A stretch of DNA of 32,000 nucleotides, taken from contig CAWJMG010000003.1 of the NCBI GenBank assembly GCA_963843975.1, positions 1 to 32,000 on the forward strand. The letters are read 5' to 3'. The notes under the pieces are model-generated. The model was given only the letters and a program-made list of their open reading frames with translations, ran no database searches and was not told the DNA's origin. Made by a program: the position numbers and the translations under genes. Every line of letters begins with the position of its first letter. Position 1 is the first letter of the stretch. Source of the stretch: an uncultured Actinomycetes bacterium (GTDB taxonomy: Bacteria; Actinomycetota; Actinomycetes; S36-B12; CAIYMF01). This document shows positions 1 through 9,000 of the stretch, one piece after another.

Positions 1-963
1 GGCGACGTCACGTTCGGCCGCGAGCACGTCCCCGACTACGTCATCGTCCGCGGCAACGGGGAGCCGCTCTACACGCTCGTGAACCCGGTCGACGACGCGC
101 TCATGGGGATCACCCACGTCCTGCGCGGCGAGGACCTGCTCTCGAGCACGCCCCGCCAGCTCGCGATGTACGCCGCCCTCGCGCAGATCGGCGTCGGCGA
201 CGGCAGCACGCCGCGCTTCGGCCACCTCCCCTACGTCATGGGGGAGGGCAACAAGAAGCTCTCCAAGCGCGACCCGCAGAGCTCGCTCAACCTCTACCGC
301 GAGGAGGGCTACCTCCCCGAGGGCCTGCTCAACTACCTCGCCCTTCTCGGCTGGTCGGCCGGCGACGACCTCGAGTTCTTCTCGCCGGCCCAGCTGGCCG
401 AGCTCTTCGACCTCGGCCGCGTGCAGCCCAACCCGGCGCGCTTCGACCCGAAGAAGTGCCTCGCCATCAACGGCGACTGGATCCGTCACATCACGGCCGA
501 CGACCTGGCCGGCCGCATGCTGCCCTACCTCGAGGCCGTCGGTGCGATCTCCGGCGCCCCCACCGAGGCGCAGCAGGCCCTCATCGACGCGGCCGTGCCG
601 CTCGTCCAGGAGCGGATGGAGACGCTGCGCGGGGGCGCCGAGCAGCTGCGCTTCCTGCTCGTGGACGAGGACGACTTCGCCGTCGATGCCGAGGACCGCG
701 AGCGCGTGCTCACCGAGGACTCCCGCCCGACGCTGCAGGCGTCGTACGACGCCCTCGCGGGCCTGGAGTCGTTCGAGCACGCCTCGGTCGAGGCGGCCCT
801 GCGCGAGGCCCTCGTGGACGGCCTGGGCCTGAAGCCCAAGGTCGCCTTCGGGCCCGTTCGGGTGGCCGTGACGGGCCGTCGCATCTCGCCGCCGCTGTTC
901 GAGTCGATCGAGCTGCTCGGGCGCGATCGGACCCTCGCCCGCCTGCAGGCCGCGCTCGGCTGA
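1..963 (+). CDS. gltX: glutamate--tRNA ligase, C-terminal ~320 aa (5' end lies upstream of the window)
   Basis: Frame 1 is open from base 1 (GDVTFGREHVPDYVIVRGNGEPLYTLVNPVDDALMGITHVLRGEDLL ... KLSKRD). This is a class-I GluRS core with a KMSKS-type KLSKR loop. It is followed by tRNA-Gln and tRNA-Glu, as at mycobacterial gltS loci. Confidence 0.93.
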   Translation, partial: GDVTFGREHVPDYVIVRGNGEPLYTLVNPVDDALMGITHVLRGEDLLSSTPRQLAMYAALAQIGVGDGSTPRFGHLPYVMGEGNKKLSKRDPQSSLNLYREEGYLPEGLLNYLALLGWSAGDDLEFFSPAQLAELFDLGRVQPNPARFDPKKCLAINGDWIRHITADDLAGRMLPYLEAVGAISGAPTEAQQALIDAAVPLVQERMETLRGGAEQLRFLLVDEDDFAVDAEDRERVLTEDSRPTLQASYDALAGLESFEHASVEAALREALVDGLGLKPKVAFGPVRVAVTGRRISPPLFESIELLGRDRTLARLQAALG

Positions 964-1093
964 TCCGTTGCGGCGCTTGCCGTCCCGCGTGCGACCTCTC
1001 GGGCGGCTCTCCGGCGTACGGCTCCGGTTTGGGAACGGACCCGGCGACGGGCTACTATTTCCGGCGTCGACGATCCGCAAGGGTCGCAGGCCT

Positions 1094-1165
1094 TGGGGTA
1101 TGGGGTAATTGGCAGCCCAACTGATTCTGGTTCAGTTAGTCTAGGTTCGAGTCCTGGTACCCCAG
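1094..1165 (+). tRNA. tRNA-Gln (anticodon CUG)
   Basis: Hand-folded cloverleaf. Acceptor tggggta/tacccca, D stem gggt/gccc, anticodon stem actga/tcagt with loop ttCTGgt, T arm ctagg-ttcgagt-cctgg. CCA is not encoded. Confidence 0.9.
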
Positions 1166-1289
1166 CTGGTCGAGATCGATCGCGCGGTGGCTCACGTCAC
1201 GCGGCATGAATTTGCCGCTCCGACAAGCCCTCGGGTACCGTCTCTGACTCGCTGGCTGATCGCTCCATGAGCGGTCGAACAGCACCCAC

Positions 1290-1362
1290 GGCCCCGTTGT
1301 GTAGCGGCCTAGCACGCCGCCCTCTCAAGGCGGTAGCGCGGGTTCGAATCCCGTCGGGGCTA
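1290..1362 (+). tRNA. tRNA-Glu (anticodon CUC); its 3' portion from the anticodon loop onward is the left att repeat
   Basis: Hand-folded cloverleaf. Acceptor ggccccg/cggggct (G1-U72 wobble), D stem gtgt/gcac, anticodon stem ccgcc/ggcgg with loop ctCTCaa, T arm gcggg-ttcgaat-cccgt. CCA is not encoded. Confidence 0.9.
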
Positions 1363-1368
1363 CGTGGA
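1322..1368 (+). repeat. attL core: 47-bp direct repeat from the tRNA-Glu anticodon loop to 6 nt past the 3' end
   Basis: ctctcaaggcggtagcgcgggttcgaatcccgtcggggctacgtgga is identical to 15997-16043. Confidence 0.9.
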
Positions 1369-1402
1369 AAGGCCCAGGTCACAGACCTGGGCCTTTCGCT
1401 TT
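1368..1402 (+). terminator. Stem-loop terminator after the reconstituted tRNA-Glu (element-borne)
   Basis: aaaggcccagg-tcacaga-cctgggccttt followed by cgcttt. It has the same layout as the hairpin after the right att copy but a different sequence. Confidence 0.6.
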
Positions 1403-1416
1403 GCACTGGGTGCAAA

Positions 1417-1494
1417 TGATCTTGACCACAGATTGACCACAGACGATGTGGACAATTTCGACCCGAGGTGGCAGCAAACGGCTTGACCATCACG
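1417..1494. promoter_or_regulatory. Cluster of candidate integrase arm-type sites (TTGACCACA-like) just inside attL
   Basis: tgatcttgaccacagattgaccac (1417-1440) is matched at 23 of 24 positions by 15864-15887. There is also an inverted copy tgtggacaat (1447-1456) and a fourth copy cttgaccat (1482-1490). Confidence 0.5.
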
Positions 1495-1669
1495 TCGAGG
1501 AACGTCGTGTAAGCCAGCTACCAAGTGCTGGCTCGCCGCCGAGTCTGCCTCGGCGCCCCTCGGCCTCCGTGCTGCGAATGCAAGGCGTGGATTGCCCCGG
1601 TGGTGCCAGCGTTGAACGTTCGGTGCCAGCCGCACCCTTGCTCGGCCGCGGATGCGCGAACCGCCGAGA

Positions 1670-1894
1670 TCAGGCGGTCTCGCCGCCGCTGCTGAGTGCG
1701 GCGGGCTCGGCTTCGAGGAGGCGGCGCAGTCCGGCGGTGGGGATGCGGATGAGCTTGCCGACGCGCAGCACCGGGGTCGGGAAGCGGTCGGTGCGGACCA
1801 GGTCGTAGGCCAGCGTGCGGCCGATGCCCAGGACGGCTGCGGCGGTGGGGACGTCGATCAGAGGCGGCAGGTGGTCGAGGTCGGTGCGATCCAT
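1670..1894 (-). CDS. xis: excisionase-family helix-turn-helix DNA-binding protein (74 aa)
   Basis: This is the C-terminal 74 aa of the 1670..3067 ORF, starting at the ATG at 1894: MDRTDLDHLPPLIDVPTAAAVLGIGRTLAYDLVRTDRFPTPVLRVGKLIRIPTAGLRRLL. That is the typical Xis/MerR-like HTH_17 pattern. It lies immediately downstream of the relaxase on the same strand. Confidence 0.75.
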   Translation of the reverse strand: MDRTDLDHLPPLIDVPTAAAVLGIGRTLAYDLVRTDRFPTPVLRVGKLIRIPTAGLRRLLEAEPAALSSGGETA

Positions 1895-2025
1895 GCGTAC
1901 TCCCCGGTGCTGGTGGTGCTCGTCCAGCACGAGCACCCATCGGAAGGTGCGCGACGCGGCGCCCCGACACGCAGAAGGTCGCGAACGGTGCCGCGCTTGC
2001 CGCTGGGTTGCGTAGGCCGGCGTGG

Positions 2026-5000
2026 TCAGCGCGACGGCGGTTCGTGCCCCGCGACGGCGCGTCCCGGCCGGAGCAGCGGCAAGTCGCCCGCCAGGTCCGC
2101 GACGCGGCCTGCCGCCACGACGACGGGCTCGCGCACCGCGACGGTGGCGGGGTCGGCGGGGTCCGTGAGGAGGTTGGGGTTGCGGTAGGGCTGGGCACCT
2201 CGTCGCTGCCATCGGCTGCGCCGCTCCGCGGTCGCGGCAGTCGTTGCTGCGGCGTGCGCGGCCGTGTCCGCGTCGACCCTTGCGGTGGCCGTGGCGACAG
2301 CGGACTCGGCGCGGGCGAGGTGGCCGTCGACGATGTCGAGGTCCCGGCGTGCGGCGTGCAGGGAGGTGGTGAGGTCGCGTCGCCGGCGACGCGCCCACAC
2401 CGGCAGCTCCCCCGTCTCGAGTTCGAGGCGCACGACGTCGGCTCGGACGGTGTCGAGGCGTCGGAGCAGGTGGTCGCGGTCGGCGACGGCCCGTGCGAGG
2501 CGGGCCTGGTTGTAGCGGTGCTCCACCGGCGCCGGTGAAGCGGGTCGGGCGGCCTCGGCCGCGTCGAACCGTGCTCCGCGTGCGTGGTCGACGGCCGGGT
2601 CCAGGAGACTGTGGGCGGCGCGTTCGCGGCCGGTGGTGGCCAGGGCTCGCGTCAGCTGCTCGAGCGCATCCACCTCTGCGTGCGGTCGCTGGCTGGCGTG
2701 GTGGGGGCCGGCGTCGACATCTGCGCCGCCCGGGGTGGTGTGGAGGTGGTTCTCGTGCCGGCCGCGGGTCATGGCGACGTAGAGGTGCTCGCGGTCCAGC
2801 CCGGGGCGGGCGAGGGTGACGGCGATGTCGGTGGTGGCGCCCTGGGCGGCGTCGATGGTCGCGGCCCACCCGTACTCCGAATGCCTCGCGAGGTATGCGG
2901 CGGGCAGGTTCGTGGTGCCGCGGCCGGCGACATCCTGGACGAGCAGGCCGTCGCCGTCGGGGGTGGCGGCCAGGACGGTGAAGCGGTCGCCGTTGCGGAC
3001 CTGGTCGCCGCCGATGCGCAGGGCGGGAGTGTTCTTCTTCGTCAGGATCACGTCCCCGGCGCGCCACTCGCGGGTCTCGGGGCGGCTGCGGGTGGAGGCA
3101 GTGCGGGCGGTGACCGACAGCAGGGGCGGGCCGGTGACCTGGCCGGTGGCGATCGCGGCGGCGCGGGCTCGGGCGTTGAGGGCGGTGACGTCGGTCCAGC
3201 CGCGGGCCAGCATCAACGCATCCCGCCCGTGGGTGACGGCGTCGTGCCAGCGGTCGAACACCGCGTCGGCGGCGTCGTCCCCGTCGGCGGCGGGGTGGAT
3301 CCGGTCCTGCTCCTGGTAGGTGCGCAGGACGCTCGGGTCACCGGCGCGCAGCGCGAGCGTCGCCGCCGCCTCCCACGCGTGGGTGAAGCGGTGCAGGCCG
3401 CTGAGCTCGACCACCCGGTTCGGGACGAGGTGGGCGAGGTGCTCGAGCATCCCGCCGGGGGCGCGGATCGCCCCGATCTGGGCGGGGTCTCCGACGAGCA
3501 CGACCCGCGCCTTTGCTTCCCTAGCGCGCGCGGTGAGGGCGGCGAGGTCGGCGGTGGCGAGCATCGAGGCCTCGTCGACCAGGAGCACGTCGCCGCGGCG
3601 CAGCCGCCTCTCGTCCCGGATGCCGGGGCCGCTGTTCGTGGGTGGCTGGGTGTCGAGGGCGTTCTGCTGGGTCAGGAACCGCGCCACCGTCACCCCCGTC
3701 ACGCCGGTCGAGGCCGCGAGCTCGGAGGCGGCCCGCGCCGACGGCCCCAGCGCGAGCACGCGTTCTCCGCCCTGCGTCCAGCCGGCGACCGCCGCGCCGA
3801 GGACGGTGGTCTTCCCCGCCCCAGCCGGGGCCACCATCACCGTGACCAGGTCGCGGGAGGACACCAGCCTCACCGCGACGACCTGCTGCTCCTGCGACAG
3901 CCCCTCCCGGGCCGTCACCTGGAGAATGTTGGCGGGCAGCCGGCGGGGCGGGCGCAGCCCGTCCAGCACCGCCTCGATGACCATCGCTTCGGTGTCGACG
4001 ACCTCGCGGGAGGCGTAGCGGGCATCCGACGCCCGCGCCGTCACCCCCGGCGCATCCGCCCCCAGCGGAACAGCGCCCGCAGCAGTATCCATGAGCGCCT
4101 GCGCCGTGAGGGCCTCGACCATCGCCGCGGCCTCACGCGCATCCCGCGGCGCACCCGGGCCGGTGGCCGGGAGGCGGGCGGCCACCTGCACCGCCAGGTC
4201 CGCCGCCGACCACACCGCACCTGACCTGCCGGCCGCCGACACAGCGTCTACGAGCCACGCCTGCCCGGCGGCGAACGGCTCGCGGCCGACCTCGGCGCTT
4301 GCGTGTGCAGCCGCGGCGCCGTCGGGGTCCGTGACGGGCGCGCACGCCGTCGCGACGGAGTCGGTGACTGACTCCGTCAGGTCCCCACTCGCGTCCACCC
4401 CTGCGGCTGGCTGCTTCGGGACGTCCGCGACGGAGTCGGTGACGGAGTCCCCCACCGTCACGACGGACTCCGTCACCGCGACGCCGGTCCTCGTGACGGT
4501 GGTGACGGAGTTCGTGACGGAGTCCGCCGCGGTCGCGACGGCAGGCGTGGGAGTGCTGCCAGTGGCAGTGACGGTGCCGACAGGCCTGGTGACGGCGGTC
4601 GTGACAGTGGTGCCGTCGCTGGTGACGGTCACGGGCGAGCCGCTTCGCCCTTCGCGGGGGGTTCTGACGCCGTCGGGGCTCGCGAGGCGTGCGGACCGCT
4701 GCAGCCGCTGGGCGTCCCAGCCCAGCGCATCGGCTTGCTCCCGCCACCGGGCCCTCAGCCCGGCCTCGGGGACGGGGTGGTCCTTGGGCGGGCGGGTGGC
4801 CAGGACGGCGGTCTTGACGATCCGGGCCCGCTCCGACGGCGTGACTGGCCGCCCGAGCGCCTCCTCGGCCTGGGCGATTGTGGGGATGGCGTCGGCCATC
4901 ACCGCGGTGGTGCGGGTCGACCAGGCGGCGAGGAGCTCCTCGGGGACGCCGGCGATCTCGGCCTGCCCATGCTCGGACACCGGCCCGAAGGCGACGCCGA

Positions 5001-5641
5001 GGCGGGTGGCGAAGCTCGGTGCGCAGCGCCGCCTGGTAGAGCGCACCGGCGGCCTTCTTGTGGTGGAACACCTCGTAGCCGTCGATGGTGCGCCACACCC
5101 CGTCGGCGCAGCGGACCTTGTTCACCACCAACGCGTGCGTGTGCAGCTGCGGATCCCCGGTCCGGGACGTGGTGTGCTCGAACAGCGCCGCCGCGAACCC
5201 GGCCGTGGCGACCTGCTCGACCCCGTTGCGGCCCCGACGCGAGAACGACGCATGCGCCTCCAGGAACCCCAGCGCCACCTCCACCGCCGCCGTGTGCGCC
5301 GCCCGGACCCGAGCCGCTGTCGCGTCGTCGCCGAGCGCCCACAGCGCCGACACCGACTTCGGTGCCGAGAACGTCAGGTCGTGCCCGGTCACCGCGTCCG
5401 GACGCCACGCCCGCCCCAGCGCCGCTCCGGTGCGCGGGTGCAGGCCGCGGGCGAACAGCGCCTCCAGTTCCGCCTCCTCCACCCGCGCGCCGGATGACAG
5501 GCCGAGCTCGGGCAGGCCGGCGCCGTGCCAGCGGCCGGGCGCGTTGCCGGCCTCGGCGTAGTACTCGCACGCACCGCGGGCGACGGAGTCCTGGTAGTAC
5601 CGCCACGACGAGCGGCCGATCTTGGCACTGGACAGCACCAC
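2026..5641 (-). pseudogene. traA: TrwC/MobF-type relaxase fused to a RecD/TraA-like helicase, interrupted by a 1-nt frameshift near 5011
   Basis: The N-terminal frame (GTG start 5641 or 5638) reads VVLSSAKIGRSSWRYYQDSV ... HTTSRTGDPQLHTHALVVN, giving the catalytic YY and His-triad motifs, and runs to ...ALYQAALRTEL. The sequence continues in another frame as ATRLGVAFGPVSEHGQAEIAGVP. The helicase part has Walker A (APAGAGKTTV), Walker B (LLVDEASML), then TIDAAQGAT and VAMTRGR. Confidence 0.85.
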
Positions 5642-5734
5642 CGACCACCACCCATCATCAACCCATACGATCCGGCAAACCGTTGCAGCCCAACCGATTA
5701 CGACGATAGCAGGACGCGCGGACAATGCACATGT

Positions 5735-5750
5735 CTGCTGATCTCAGCAG
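5735..5750. promoter_or_regulatory. Perfect inverted repeat in the relaxase/RHS divergent intergenic region (candidate oriT hairpin or operator)
   Basis: ctgctga-tc-tcagcag lies in a locally low-GC non-coding stretch about 100 bp upstream of the relaxase start. Confidence 0.3.
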
Positions 5751-6005
5751 GGTTCAGCGCTATCGGAGTCGTCGTCACGGGCAGGGGCCGACGGTCGCTC
5801 GCTCCTCGGGGTCGGACGAGTCACTGGCGAGGTGTCTGGGCTCGCGCAGGTTCATGAACGCGTTGCGCCGCTCCGACTGCGCTGCGCACCGCGGACGCGG
5901 ACACATCGGCGCTCGGTAGCCCTTGCGCGTCGGTGGTCGTTGACGCGGCCGAAATCCGGGCACTACGTTCGCGAGCGCTTGAGCATCTGCAACGGGGGTT
6001 GGGCA

Positions 6006-9000
6006 GTGACCGTTCGTCGTTCGCGCGTGGTTTCCGCGCTGGGGCACTTGTCGCGGCGCGGGATGCGCGTGACGTGGGTGTCTTTGGCATCGGGTGCGCT
6101 GTGTGTGTCCCTGGTCGCCGGTATCCCCGACGCGGTCCTGGCCACCGCTCAGGCCGCTGACGCTGCGAAGGCAGTCGAAACCCCGTCACCCGCGGTGAGC
6201 GTCCCTCTCGTCGGCGCCAAGGATGTCCTGGGCGCCGACGATCGAGCGGCCGAGGCATTCCTGTCCACCAAGCGCCCAGCCCCCGTCTTCCCGGCAGCGG
6301 GTACCGCCATGGTCGAGGTGCCCGCCGCAGGCACTGCACCGGCGGATGCCGTCGGCCTTCCCGTGACCGTCGGCTTTCCCGACCCCGAACTGATCAAGAA
6401 GCTGGGGGTCGAGGACCTTCTGACCGCCGACGCTGCCGCGACGCAGGGCGAGCCGGTCAGCCGGACCGATCCGTTCACCCCACCGGCCTCCGTCAGCTCC
6501 ACGACCACGTCGACGACGGCAGATCCGCTGCCGGTACAGACCACGGTGTCAGGCAAGCCGCTGCCCGGCGACACTCCGCCCGTGGTCCCTGATCCGCCGA
6601 CAGGGCCGCCGGACATCAACGCCACCGCTCCGGCCGGGGCCGTCACGCCGTCAGCGCCGACGGCCGTTCAGGTCGAGGTGCTGGACCGCAAGACCTCCGA
6701 GGGTTTGGGGGTGTCAGGTTTCGCGTTCCTCGCCCGCCGCGCGGACAAGGGGGCCACGTCCGGCCCCGTCACCGTGACGCTGGATGCGAGCGGGTTCGCC
6801 GACGCCTACGGCGCCGGATACCTCGACAGGCTCCAGGTCCTCCGGTTCCCGGAGTGCGCGCTCGCCCCCGATGCGCTGGTCTCGGTGCCCGAATGCGGTG
6901 CCACATCGGTGATCCCCTCGGTCGTGGACCGCAAGGCCCGCACGGTCACGTTGGTGCTGCCCGCGGCCGCGGACCCCTCGGTCCCAGCAGCGCCCCTCAC
7001 GCCCGCGCCGGATCCGGTGGATCCCGGCCCGACTGCCCCGACGGCCCCGGCGACGCCGCTGGCGCCGGCCGCGCTCGACTCGACGACCATCGAACCTGCG
7101 GCGGCGACCACGGTCGACATGGCGGCCGTGGTGTCTGGGTCGTCCGGGGTGTTCGCTCTGACGGCGGGCGTCTCCAGCAGCACGGGCTCGTTCGCGGCGA
7201 CGTCGCTGAACGCGGCGGGGTCGTGGTCCGCGGGCGGGAACTCCGGCAGCATGTCGTACGACTACCCGCTGGTCCTGCCGCCGGCGACGGGCGGTGCGAC
7301 TCCGCGGGTCGCCTTGTCGTACTCGTCGGGCTCGGTGGACGGGATGACCCCGGCGAACAACACGCAGGCGTCCTGGGCCGGGCTGGGCTGGGACTTCGTC
7401 CCCGGGTTCATCGAGCGCAAGTACCTCTCGTGCAGCCTGGACGGGCATCCCGGGTACAGCGACCTGTGCTGGAAGACCTGGAACGCGACCCTGTCCCTGG
7501 GAGGGGCGTCCTATCCGCTCATCCCGGACGCGTCAGACTCCACGCACACGAACTGGTTCGTGCGGGACAACCCCGGCTACGAGGTGCACCGCGCGGTCTC
7601 CGGCCTCGCGGACCCCAACCAGTCCACGACGAAGGAGTTCTGGGTCGTCACGACCCCCGACGGCACGCAGTACACGTTCGGGCGCGGCTACGGGCAGAGC
7701 ACGACGGACCCCACGAACAGCACGTTCACGGTGCCGACGTTCTCCGACGACCCCGGCGAGCCGTCGTACTCCTCATCGGGCTGGACCGCCGGGCAGGTCA
7801 GCGCGCAGCCGTGGCGGTGGAACCTGGATCGCGTCGTCGATCCCAACGGCAACGTCACCCGGTACTACTACCTGAAGGAGAGCAACCGGTACTCCAAGCT
7901 GGGCAACAGCTCCTGGCCGATCGTGTACACCTCCGGCGGCCTGCTGGACCGCATCGAGTACGGCTCCCAGAGCGGGTCGGAGGCCAGCTTCGGTCAGGAG
8001 GTGGACTTCAACCGCCAGTACCGGTGCACCGCCCTGGACGCCAGCTGCACCGCGCCGACGAAGAACGCGACCGGCTACCCGGACGTCCCGACGGACCTGA
8101 TCTGCCCCATCTCCACGGTCTGCTCGGAGAGCTCCCCGTCGTTCTTCGACACCAAGCGCATCTCCTCGGTCACCACCCGCGCGATCAAGGACGCGGTGTG
8201 GAGGAACCTGGACACCTACACGTTCACCCACTCATGGCTGAGCCCGGCCGACTCGATCCCGCAGCTGTGGCTGAACAAGATCCAGCGCACCGGCTTCGAC
8301 GGTGCCGCCAGCAAGAACCAGCGCCCGGTCCTGTTCAACGGCGTCGCGCTGGCGAACCGCGCCGACTCGGGCGGGTCGGTGCTGCCCGCGTCGTTCTACC
8401 GCATCTCGATGGTCACGGACGAAGTCGGTGCCGAGACCTCCTTCACCTACAACCAGCCCGACCCGTGCGCGACCTTCTCCGGATGGAACGACAACGCCCA
8501 GGACTGCTACCCGGTCTACTGGACCCCGGACGGGCTGCCCAGCGGGTGGGGCGCGTTCAACAAGTGGATCCTGTCAGCCGTCTCGGTGCACGACTCGACC
8601 ACCGGCTCGCCGGACATCGTCACCACGTACACGTACAGCAACGGCGGGGCGTGGCATCACAACGACGACCCGGTCATCGACGGCACGCCGCTCACGACCT
8701 GGGACCAGTGGCGCGGCTACTCCACGGTGAAGGCGACGACCGGCTCGGGTGCCGGGCGCACGTCGGTCAAGACGCGGTACTACCGCGGCATGGACGGGGA
8801 CAAGCTCACCTCGACCACCACGAAGTCGGTGAGCGTCGTCGACGCCGACGGCACGACCACCACCGTGGACAAGGACATCCTGGCCGGCAAGGTCCGCGAG
8901 ACGCAGTCCTTCGACACGGCGAACGCCGAGATCGACGGGTCGGTCACGAGCTACACCCTCTACAACGTCAAGTTCGGGGGCACCGAGTGGCCGGACTCGG

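Noticed and set aside
1895-3067. The upstream 390 aa of the 465-aa minus-strand ORF 1670..3067
   Set aside because: Only the last 74 aa (from ATG 1894) look like a protein, namely Xis. The rest is Arg/Pro-rich nonsense running out of frame through the relaxase 3' end.
5832-6005. N-terminal extension of the RHS ORF from 5832
   Set aside because: The extension (MSGLAQVHERVAPLRLRCAPRTRTHRR...) precedes the signal peptide and lies in the low-GC intergenic region. GTG 6006 or ATG 6063 gives a normal signal-peptide N-terminus.
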